A stretch of DNA of 64,000 bases from an uncultured Clostridia bacterium (lineage in GTDB: Bacteria > Bacillota > Clostridia > Lachnospirales > Bianqueaceae): NCBI GenBank assembly GCA_937892735.1, contig CALBGL010000066.1, positions 226 through 64,225 on the forward strand, in the 5' to 3' direction. The stretch's first letter is position 1, and the number at the start of each line of letters is the position of its first letter. A program made the position numbers and the translations under genes. Positions 29,148 to 38,035 of the stretch are shown piece after piece. The notes below the pieces were generated by a model. That model did no database searches, was not told the DNA's origin, and saw only the letters and a program-made list of their open reading frames with translations.

Positions 29148-30365
29148 TTACTTCATCTCTGCCTGATATCTCTCAAATTCCGCCTGATTACAGCTCACGA
29201 AATGACCCGGCTTAACCTCTCGGAATGAGGGTTTGTCTACGGAATAGTCATGGTCTGCCAAAGGATTATATACAATCCTCTTTCTCTTCTTCTCATATAT
29301 CGGATCCGGCAGTGGAATAGCAGAAATCAGCGACCGCGTATAAGGATGCAGAGGATTCCGAAAGAGCTCATCCGAAGGCGCCATCTCTACCATCTTTCCA
29401 AAATACATGACGCCAATCCGATCCGAAAAATATTTAACGACGGATAAATCATGCGCAATGAAAAGAAGGGTAAGTCCAAACCGATCCCGCAGATCATTTA
29501 ACAAGTTGATGACCTGTGCCTGCACCGAAACGTCTAATGCCGATACAGGCTCGTCCGCGATAATCAGATCTGGATTCATGATAATGGATCTGGCTACACC
29601 GATACGTTGACGCTGTCCACCGGAAAACTCATGCGGATACCGCGTCGCGTGCTCTCTGACTAGTCCTACCAACTCCAACATTTCATAGACCTTGTCATCG
29701 ATCACCTTCTTATTCCGTTCCCCCTGAATGACCAATCCCTCGGCAATGATATCCCGAACGGTCATACGAGGATCCAGGGACGCAATCGGATCCTGAAAGA
29801 TCATCTGAATCTGCGTCACCAGTCTGGTACGCTTGGCCTTATACAGCTCATCCTTATATTCTTTGGTAAGGCGCGTTTTCTCTTCTCCGCTCGCCTTCTC
29901 GATCAAAGGCAAATATTTCTCATTCGCCTTCTTCACCAGTTCATCCGAATATTCCTTATCACAGTGTTTTTGATCGTATTCAGCGGCTTTGATCTCTTTT
30001 TTATTTTCTGCGATAATCTGATCCAGCTCGTTTTCCAGCCTCTTTTTTTCGCTTTCACTTCCTGCAGCCGCAATCTTCTGCTTATATTCTTTTTTCGCAT
30101 GATGGATCGCATCCACATAGGATCGTGTTCCAGCCGCAATCCGAATCCCTTTGAAATACACGCTTCCAGAAGTGATATCGTATAATTTGATGATGGAACG
30201 TCCCGTTGTCGTTTTTCCACAGCCGGACTCACCCACCAGTCCAAATACTTCTCCCTTCTGAATCTCAAAGCTGACATCATCTACCGCCTTGAGTTCGCCG
30301 CCCTCCATCGGAAAGTACTGACAAAGATGCTCTACTCTGAGCAAAGTCTCTTGATTATTCAGCAT
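29148..30365 (-). CDS. Opp/Dpp-type ABC transporter ATP-binding protein (OppF-like) with a ~90-100 aa charged insertion
   Basis: Walker A GESGCGKTT, Q-loop IQMIFQDP, signature FSGGQRQR, Walker B IIADEP and an oligopeptide C-terminal domain (HPYT). Residues ~77-180 are a K/E-rich insertion that I do not remember in typical OppF. Confidence 0.85.
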   Translation of the reverse strand: MLNNQETLLRVEHLCQYFPMEGGELKAVDDVSFEIQKGEVFGLVGESGCGKTTTGRSIIKLYDITSGSVYFKGIRIAAGTRSYVDAIHHAKKEYKQKIAAAGSESEKKRLENELDQIIAENKKEIKAAEYDQKHCDKEYSDELVKKANEKYLPLIEKASGEEKTRLTKEYKDELYKAKRTRLVTQIQMIFQDPIASLDPRMTVRDIIAEGLVIQGERNKKVIDDKVYEMLELVGLVREHATRYPHEFSGGQRQRIGVARSIIMNPDLIIADEPVSALDVSVQAQVINLLNDLRDRFGLTLLFIAHDLSVVKYFSDRIGVMYFGKMVEMAPSDELFRNPLHPYTRSLISAIPLPDPIYEKKRKRIVYNPLADHDYSVDKPSFREVKPGHFVSCNQAEFERYQAEMK

Positions 30366-32520
30366 CCTGCGCCCTCCCTCTTATCTTCATTCTTGCGATT
30401 CGATCCGTGATGATCTTAGGTGTTTCCACCTTCGGCGCATCCGGATGCAGCAGCCATGTGGCGGCATAGTGTGTATCCGTGATCTTGAACATCGGCGGCT
30501 GCCGCTCAAAATCAATCTTCATCGCATACTTATTTCGAGGCGCAAATGCGTCTCCTACCGGCGGATAAATCATATTCGGCGGTGTACCCGGAATCGCTTC
30601 CAACTTTTCATTGGTATCCAGATCCGGCATAGAGGAAAGCAGAGCCCAAGTATACGGATGGGCTGAATGATAGAACACATCCTCTGCAGTTCCATATTCT
30701 ACAATCTTTCCCGCATACATAACCGCGATCCGGTCTGCCATGTTTGCCACGACACCCAAATCATGCGTAATGAAGATGATCGAAAGTTTTCGCTCTCTCT
30801 TCAGCTGATTGATCAGCTCCAGGATCTGCGACTGAATTGTTACATCCAGCGCTGTCGTCGGTTCGTCACAAATCAGAATATCCGGATTGGCCGCCAATGC
30901 AATAGCAATCACGATACGCTGACGCATACCGCCGGAAAACTCAAACGGATATTGATTATATCGCTTTCTGGGTTCGGAGATCCCCACTTCCTCCATCAGC
31001 TTGATCGCCTTTGTTTTAGCCACCTGCTTCGTGACTTTATCGACCACGCCGGAAGCATTTTCCTTCAGATACTCGATGGCGTCCAAGGTTTCCTTATGAT
31101 AATCTCTCGCTTCTTGATGCGCTAAACAATCCTCATAATGCTCTATAAGGCGTGTGATCTGACGAATTAAATTCTTCTGCACCAGCTTCAGATCGGTAAT
31201 CTGCGCGGCAGCTACCTCCCAGTCCGGCTTTTTCCCTTTCTGCGTCAAGCGATCATGCTTTGCCTTCGCCTTATTATACTTCTCCTGCTCCTTCTTGTTT
31301 TTCCCGATGGACGAGAAGTATTTATCCAATTCATTTTTCATTCCCGACTCAAAGGTATAGGAAAGACTGTCTTTCACAATCTCCAGCGGATTGATTGTCG
31401 CCTTTATCTTTTCTACGAGTACTTTATGCGCCTCATGACACTCGGAAGCAACCAGATGCTCTTTTTCAAAAATCGGAAGCTTCTCCTGCATTACCTGGAT
31501 CGCTTCTTTTTTCTTCTGATAAGAAACTTTCGCCGCATAGGCCATACCCTTCTGCGCATCTTCGATGAAGTTCTCCATGAAATGCTGATTCAGGTAATCT
31601 TCCAGGTAGACATTCAGCTCTTCCACCGGTTTTACTGGCATCTCCTGTTGTGCGAATGTCTTATAGTATCCCATTGCAAAGAAATTCGGCATAGGCAGTT
31701 CCAATGCCTTCTGAAGAATCTCATGAAGCTGCTTCAGAAGCTTCAGGGTATCCGGATCATTTGGATTCTTTTTATACCGGCTCTTTTTGCCATTCAATTC
31801 CGAAATCGTCTGATTCAGTACATTTGCCTGCTCTTTCACCACATATTCTTGCACAGATTTCTTAGCGTACTGCAGGATCTGGCTGATACGAAACGGAACA
31901 TCCTTCGCCGCATTCTTTTCCATCTCAAAGGTCAGCCCCTCAATCTCGTCCACGGCCTCAAAAGCAGCATCATATGCTTCGTTATAAGCACCCTCCAAAT
32001 CCAGATGCTTATACTCAAACTTATCAAAATTATGGCATTTCTCTGTCAACTGTTCGGCTACAGACCGTCCTTCCTCCTGCGCTGCCTGGATCATATATTC
32101 ATTCAGGTGCTTCAAATAGGTATTAAATGTAGAACGACATTCTCTCTGATGCGCCTTTCCTTTTAGGATCATAGCCTCCGTCAGCTGACGGCCAATCTTG
32201 ACAATAGGATTCAGACTAGACATCGGATCTTGAAAGATCATCGCGATTTTATCACCACGAATACGGTGAAAATCCTCTTCCGTGATTTTCAAAAGATCCT
32301 GTCCATCATAGATGATCTCTCCACCTTCTACAATCGCGTTTCCTGCTAAAATTCCAAGAATTGCTTTGGAAGTGACGGATTTACCGGACCCGGATTCTCC
32401 CACAATAGCCAGAGTTTCACCCTTCGCCAGATCGAAGTTGATACCTCGTACTGCCTGCACCTTACCATTGGAAGTGCGGAAAGAAATCGTCAGGTCTCGA
32501 ACTTGCAGTTTACTCTCCAT
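30355..32520 (-). CDS. Opp/Dpp-type ABC transporter ATP-binding protein (OppD-like) with a ~380 aa insertion
   Basis: Walker A GESGSGKS, Q-loop MIFQDP (res ~95), signature FSGGMRQR (res ~528), Walker B ICDEPTT and HPYT. It is 721 aa against roughly 330 aa for typical OppD, as I remember it. Confidence 0.85.
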   Translation of the reverse strand: MESKLQVRDLTISFRTSNGKVQAVRGINFDLAKGETLAIVGESGSGKSVTSKAILGILAGNAIVEGGEIIYDGQDLLKITEEDFHRIRGDKIAMIFQDPMSSLNPIVKIGRQLTEAMILKGKAHQRECRSTFNTYLKHLNEYMIQAAQEEGRSVAEQLTEKCHNFDKFEYKHLDLEGAYNEAYDAAFEAVDEIEGLTFEMEKNAAKDVPFRISQILQYAKKSVQEYVVKEQANVLNQTISELNGKKSRYKKNPNDPDTLKLLKQLHEILQKALELPMPNFFAMGYYKTFAQQEMPVKPVEELNVYLEDYLNQHFMENFIEDAQKGMAYAAKVSYQKKKEAIQVMQEKLPIFEKEHLVASECHEAHKVLVEKIKATINPLEIVKDSLSYTFESGMKNELDKYFSSIGKNKKEQEKYNKAKAKHDRLTQKGKKPDWEVAAAQITDLKLVQKNLIRQITRLIEHYEDCLAHQEARDYHKETLDAIEYLKENASGVVDKVTKQVAKTKAIKLMEEVGISEPRKRYNQYPFEFSGGMRQRIVIAIALAANPDILICDEPTTALDVTIQSQILELINQLKRERKLSIIFITHDLGVVANMADRIAVMYAGKIVEYGTAEDVFYHSAHPYTWALLSSMPDLDTNEKLEAIPGTPPNMIYPPVGDAFAPRNKYAMKIDFERQPPMFKITDTHYAATWLLHPDAPKVETPKIITDRIARMKIRGRAQDAE

Positions 32521-32522
32521 AC

Positions 32523-34067
32523 TTAGTCTTCCACTCCTCTCGTTGATGGGTTAAAGGCATCTCGCAGGCCATTACCAAACAGGTTAAAGGAAATCAAGAG
32601 CAACGCAAAATACAAGGCTGGGAAGAACATCGCGTGAGGCGATGTCGTCATAGACGTCTGTCCCTGACTCAGTAGTGTACCAATACTGGTTCCTACCAAA
32701 TCCATCAGATTCACGATGCCCAAATACGTCAACGTAGTCTCAGTATTGACTACGTTTGGGATGATTAAAGCACAGCTCGTCACAATGGTTCCCAGAGAAT
32801 TGGGGAAAATATGCTTAAACATCAACCGCTTGTCCGATGCTCCCAGAGTCCGGGCCGCATATACAAATTCCTGATTCTTAAAACGATAAAACTGTTTTCT
32901 GGTCAGTGCCGCCATGCTAATCCACCCTGTCAACATGAATGCGAATAGGAAAGATCCTACCGTTCCTACTTTTTGCGCCAGATGCAATTGGAACAAGGTT
33001 GCCACCACAATGAATGGAACTGCCGACAAAATATCACTGATACGGTCCATGACAAGATCGATCTTACCTCCATAGTATCCCTGAATCGCGCCATAAATCG
33101 CACCAATCGTCAGATTGATGGCAGAAACAACAACTGCAAAAATCAGAGAGAACCGCGAACCGATACCGATACCCGCGAATAAATCCTGACCCAAGGTGTT
33201 TGTTCCAAAGATATAAAACGGCTCATGACCATTTGTATAAATATAATAATTATAATAGCAAATACGGCACTGAACCGCCCCAGAACGACGCACGCTATAG
33301 ATATAGCTGCCATCATCTCCTTCTACACGAAGGCTATTGTATTCCGCTCCCTCGATTGCCTTATTGGTAGAATAGGCGGGGATAAAATTATTATTCTCAT
33401 CCAGAACCGCGGTTCCACGAGTATCCGATATCTGATACCAGATATTGGGATTATCCGAGATTCCTTGAATAGCTTCAGGTTCTACATAGGGATAAATCAC
33501 CTGAATACCTGTCTCATTCTGAAACTGCTGGATCTTTTCAAACTCATCGTACGAGAACACACGGTATACCACACCCGTCTCATAGTATTTATTCGTCTCC
33601 AAGCGATAGCTATGAGACTCTTTCTCCTGTCCGCGATACATCGAAACGGTTGTCGTTGTATTGAGAATTCGAATAATCGGATTCATCCCCGTCTCTTCGC
33701 CAATTCCTCTCCAGTAATTATACTGAATATCATTCTGACTCTCATGCACCACCGCACCATCAAACAAACCGATCCCCATGTTGGCAATGGATTCAATAAA
33801 AGGAGGCGAGTTGGTGTATACCGTATCTCGATCATCCATCGTATAGGGTGAAATCATCGGGGCAAAAATAGAGAACAGAATCAAAAAGCCAATGATATAG
33901 GCCGCTACGACGGAAGATTTATTCTTCTTAAACCGAATCAGAGCATCGGCAAAATAACTTCGGTTCTTAGTCTCAAACTTCTGGTCGTGCAGCTTTGCAT
34001 CCAACTGAGCGAACTCAAACTTCTCCGCTGGGATGTGTTCGTATTCTACATTCTGGTTCATGTTCAT
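32523..34067 (-). CDS. Opp/Dpp-type ABC transporter permease (OppC-like) with a large extracytoplasmic loop
   Basis: C-terminal BPD-transporter core (AARTLGASD..L.FKHI.PN) with a ~215-aa loop between TM1 and TM2; 514 aa. Confidence 0.85.
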   Translation of the reverse strand: MNMNQNVEYEHIPAEKFEFAQLDAKLHDQKFETKNRSYFADALIRFKKNKSSVVAAYIIGFLILFSIFAPMISPYTMDDRDTVYTNSPPFIESIANMGIGLFDGAVVHESQNDIQYNYWRGIGEETGMNPIIRILNTTTTVSMYRGQEKESHSYRLETNKYYETGVVYRVFSYDEFEKIQQFQNETGIQVIYPYVEPEAIQGISDNPNIWYQISDTRGTAVLDENNNFIPAYSTNKAIEGAEYNSLRVEGDDGSYIYSVRRSGAVQCRICYYNYYIYTNGHEPFYIFGTNTLGQDLFAGIGIGSRFSLIFAVVVSAINLTIGAIYGAIQGYYGGKIDLVMDRISDILSAVPFIVVATLFQLHLAQKVGTVGSFLFAFMLTGWISMAALTRKQFYRFKNQEFVYAARTLGASDKRLMFKHIFPNSLGTIVTSCALIIPNVVNTETTLTYLGIVNLMDLVGTSIGTLLSQGQTSMTTSPHAMFFPALYFALLLISFNLFGNGLRDAFNPSTRGVED

Positions 34068-35017
34068 TTCTTCGATCCCATCCTTATCCGCGGGTCAATA
34101 AACCCATAGCTTATATCCACAATGATATTGGCCAACAGACCAATCGTTGTGTAGAAAACCGTCAGCATCATAAACATTGGATAATCCCGACCTGTAATAG
34201 AGTTGATATAAAGATTACCAACACCCGGTACGGCAAATATCTTTTCAATAATCAGTGAACCACTCATAATACCAATGAACTGACTGAATATATTGGGTAC
34301 GACCACTACCATACAATTCTTGAGGGCGTGGCGAACCGTTGCTTGCGTCTTTGTTAATCCCTTGGTTCTCGCCAGTAGCATAAATTCGCTCGTGAGAACT
34401 TCTGTCAATTCTGCTCTTGTCGTTCTGGTAAATCCCGCGATAACACTAAAGGACAGCGACATGACCGGAGGCAGCATACTGACAAACATACTCCAAGAGA
34501 AATAATTCGTTCCTGAATTCATCAGGAACGGGAACAGTCCCAATTTATAAGATAGAAAATACTGAATTAAGAAAGCGTATACGAAAGATGGCACCGAGAT
34601 ACAGACCATGGTCAATGTGGAGATCAAATGATCGACCCAGGTGTTCTTCCTCAACGCGGCAATAATACCCAGTATGATTCCAATCGGAATACTGAACAAA
34701 ATGGAATACAGGTTGACAAAAATAGTAGCTGGCAACCTAGACGTGAAGATCGAAGCCACATCCTGTCCAAAGTATAAGACGTCGCTGACGCCCCAATCCC
34801 ATTCTGTGAAAATGTCCTTCAAGAAAATGCCGAACTGTACCAAATACGGTTTATTATAACCAGCAGCCTCTCGCCGTGCCTCAATCACCACAGAATGCGG
34901 ATCTTCAAGGGGTAGCTCTACAGGCGGCAGCATTCTTATGAGTACAAAACACATCAGGGTGATGATGAACAACGTCACCAACATCAAAGCAATTCGTTTT
35001 ATAACATACTTAAGCAT
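34064..35017 (-). CDS. Opp/Dpp-type ABC transporter permease (OppB-like)
   Basis: MLKYVIKRI N-terminus and the EAA-like LARTKGL motif. Start at the ATG preceded by GGAGG. Confidence 0.87.
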   Translation of the reverse strand: MLKYVIKRIALMLVTLFIITLMCFVLIRMLPPVELPLEDPHSVVIEARREAAGYNKPYLVQFGIFLKDIFTEWDWGVSDVLYFGQDVASIFTSRLPATIFVNLYSILFSIPIGIILGIIAALRKNTWVDHLISTLTMVCISVPSFVYAFLIQYFLSYKLGLFPFLMNSGTNYFSWSMFVSMLPPVMSLSFSVIAGFTRTTRAELTEVLTSEFMLLARTKGLTKTQATVRHALKNCMVVVVPNIFSQFIGIMSGSLIIEKIFAVPGVGNLYINSITGRDYPMFMMLTVFYTTIGLLANIIVDISYGFIDPRIRMGSKK

Positions 35018-35200
35018 ATGTTTCCTCCAAGCAAGTTCATGCTTTCCGAACGCCCGGCCCTGCAAAGCATAAACGAAATGTGTTTATAACAAAATATTGC
35101 AGGATCGCAGATCCGGCAATATTTTACTAACTCCTAGAAATGGTATGACGCGGTCAAGCCGTAACGGCCGGCCGCGTCGTTCGAATTTTACCAACAAATA

Positions 35201-37786
35201 TTAATACAACAATTCTCCGCCCTGATCTGCAACATACTGTGCCCATGCAGCGTCATCATAATTATACTTCAAGTACTGGATTCCACCATACGCCATAACC
35301 GGATTATAGTCCTCCACCACATAATATACCTGCTGAGACAACAACACCATTGCAGAATCCTGAAGCATCGGGATATAGTCGTAAGTCTGCAGTACACGTC
35401 CTTCGATAGCTGCCAGAATATCCAAACGAGTCTCAATATCCGCACTTGCTTCACCGAAGTTGTACTCTACGCCACCCACAGTCACCGTCGTACCGTTCAA
35501 AGCATCAGACCACTGCTTCAGATTCATAGTAATCGGCGTACCTTCCACTTCAATCTCCAGCTCCACAGAAGTCGAGTCAAACCAGTTCGCGTCATACTGC
35601 TTGGAAGGATTGGTATACAGATCCGTCAAACTGAATGGATTAAAAGTAGAACCAGTCCATCCTGCCAGTACCGTATCAGACATACCCGCACGGATACGAT
35701 TAGACCATTCATTCTCATAAGGAGCGGACTTCACAAACTGTACCTTTCCTTCAAAAGGTGTACCTTTCGTTACCTCCGCCATCTTTTCATTCAGATAATC
35801 GATGGTCGTGGTCATGAAGTCGCTATCCTGAGAAATCGCGTACTCAATAGTAACAGTCTGGTCGGAAATACCATCGCCGTCCTCATCAGTAATATAACCA
35901 GCGGCAATTGCCTCGTCAAAGGCCTGCGTATACAGTTCCTTCGCCTTCTCTGGATCATAACCTGTGATAGACTCTACTGCCTCATCCAAACTGGAATACT
36001 GGGACACATCCACAGAATAGAAGTCGCACAGCGCCTGCTTCGCTTGATCTGTATTCCGATAGCTGGAACCTGTCGCAGGATCATATAAATACGCATCGCC
36101 AATTAAGCCATATGCTCCAGAACGAGCCGGAGATACAGTGCTGGCAAACAGCTCACGGTCATACGTGATCACGACAGCACGACGGAAGCTTTCGATTGTC
36201 ATCGTCTGCAGATCCGTTGTCGTCGTGTCAAATCCATCGTTTGCCTCACGCTGATTCAGTGCATCCAGATAGCCGTTCAGGATCAGGAAGAAGATCGTAT
36301 CATTCGGCGTCGTGAACGCATAATCACTTGCACGATACGTATCAAAATCATCAGCCTGCAGCGCATACGTCATCAGCTCGCCCCGCAGGAACATCATCTT
36401 CTGTGTAGAAGCCTCTGGAACCAGCTGGCAGTCGATAGCTGTTGTCTGATACATATCATAGGTCTGTCCATCTACCGGATCCACATACTGATGCTTTCCA
36501 TCGGTATATCCATACCAACTCTCATTCTTTTCGAAACGCATGGACTTACCGGACTGATACTCCACCAACGAATAGGGCCCATAGCTGACCGTCGTATCTG
36601 CACTCGTATTATAGGTAGAAGTCCATACGCCATTGTTCTCGGTCAAACACTCCTCATACAGCTCCGGATACACAATCCAGTTCGAAGACAGGCTATACAG
36701 CAGATTGAAACCGCTCAGAGACTTACCGAATACAATCGTGATCTGATAATCACCGCTCTTATACAGGCCTACAGTATCAAAACTAATTTCATCCGGCCAT
36801 GTCCAGTTAATATAGATTTCATCCGCGAAATAACTCTGACCCAGCGCGATACTCGCTTCATCGGTTCCGTACATCTGCGGATAAAACACATACATCTCAT
36901 TGATCGTCAACGGAGTCTCTACTACCTCATCCTCAGCCGCCAAACACAGTCCTGCCGCGTCCGCCGTCGTACCGTCGAACGGATAATTATCAAAATCATA
37001 GGAAGCCCCGAAAGAAAGATTCCAGTTGATATACGCAACATCATCGCCATGTGCTGCGAAGAAATCTTCTAACGTCTCCAGGCCCTCTCTCTGCATGACT
37101 TCCGCAACAGAAGTCGGCATCGTCTGTCCCTGGTTCGCATAGTTCTGCGCACCGGCAATCACCCTATCACCAGAATAATAATCGGACGCTCTATAGTTTA
37201 GAAGCTCCGGTCTCAGCAGTTGCTGCATGGAATATACATAAGTATCCGCATTGATCGGAGTACCATCTTCCCAAACCGCGTTCTCATTCAAATCGATGGT
37301 ATAAGCATATCCCTCTGTCGCAGACTCTGGAATACCGAACTCCGGATGCTCCGCCTTCACCTGCTCAGTCACATCTACTGGCATATCCGCCGCCATCTCC
37401 GGGATGATCTCATATCCAGTATAAGGATCCTTGCCCTCCACCGGATGCAGTTCATCATTATAAACGAATCCATACAGACCTACACGAATATAAGTGTCAG
37501 GATATGAATCGTCCTCTGTCTGATACGTATGCGGGTTCCAGTTTGTTGCCAGAGTCGATACGGCATCCTTATAAGTATAAGTACCGCTTGTCGTCGGCAG
37601 TTCATAGTCAATACCATCATCTGCCGTACTCTCATCGGTAGCACTCTCATTTGCCGTGCTGTCTGCGACACTGTCTACTGCACTGGAAGTGCTGCTGGAA
37701 TCGCCCGACTCGCTGCTGCATCCAGACAATACACTGGATGCTGCCAGAACCGCAACCAGAAGAAAAGCCAAAAACTTCTTCTTCAT
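35201..37786 (-). CDS. ABC transporter substrate-binding lipoprotein (family 5, peptide/nickel type), oversized
   Basis: Lipobox LSGC after the signal peptide, a Ser/Asp-rich linker, then family-5 SBP-like sequence. It is 861 aa from the ATG preceded by GGAGG. Confidence 0.8.
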   Translation of the reverse strand: MKKKFLAFLLVAVLAASSVLSGCSSESGDSSSTSSAVDSVADSTANESATDESTADDGIDYELPTTSGTYTYKDAVSTLATNWNPHTYQTEDDSYPDTYIRVGLYGFVYNDELHPVEGKDPYTGYEIIPEMAADMPVDVTEQVKAEHPEFGIPESATEGYAYTIDLNENAVWEDGTPINADTYVYSMQQLLRPELLNYRASDYYSGDRVIAGAQNYANQGQTMPTSVAEVMQREGLETLEDFFAAHGDDVAYINWNLSFGASYDFDNYPFDGTTADAAGLCLAAEDEVVETPLTINEMYVFYPQMYGTDEASIALGQSYFADEIYINWTWPDEISFDTVGLYKSGDYQITIVFGKSLSGFNLLYSLSSNWIVYPELYEECLTENNGVWTSTYNTSADTTVSYGPYSLVEYQSGKSMRFEKNESWYGYTDGKHQYVDPVDGQTYDMYQTTAIDCQLVPEASTQKMMFLRGELMTYALQADDFDTYRASDYAFTTPNDTIFFLILNGYLDALNQREANDGFDTTTTDLQTMTIESFRRAVVITYDRELFASTVSPARSGAYGLIGDAYLYDPATGSSYRNTDQAKQALCDFYSVDVSQYSSLDEAVESITGYDPEKAKELYTQAFDEAIAAGYITDEDGDGISDQTVTIEYAISQDSDFMTTTIDYLNEKMAEVTKGTPFEGKVQFVKSAPYENEWSNRIRAGMSDTVLAGWTGSTFNPFSLTDLYTNPSKQYDANWFDSTSVELEIEVEGTPITMNLKQWSDALNGTTVTVGGVEYNFGEASADIETRLDILAAIEGRVLQTYDYIPMLQDSAMVLLSQQVYYVVEDYNPVMAYGGIQYLKYNYDDAAWAQYVADQGGELLY

Positions 37787-37884
37787 TCTTTTTCCTCCTT
37801 TTATATTTTTCGGTCTCAACCGAAATACGCCGCTGTTTTTATTTATACGGCGTCCTGCTGTCTGTTCAACAACAGAATAAAGAT

Positions 37885-37913
37885 ATTATACTCATCCCTT
37901 TGCATCTTGTCAA
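37885..37913 (-). promoter_or_regulatory. sigma-A type promoter for the opp-like operon
   Basis: Reverse strand reads TTGACA, 17 nt, TATAAT. Confidence 0.65.
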
Positions 37914-38035
37914 TAGGTTGCATTCATATTTCGGCAAAAAATTCGTTACAAAAACGACGCTTGTCCGTCTCTCGCATATATTTTGCAGCATTCTCTTGAT
38001 TTCTTGCAATTGATTGGATAATTTATTTGGTATTT

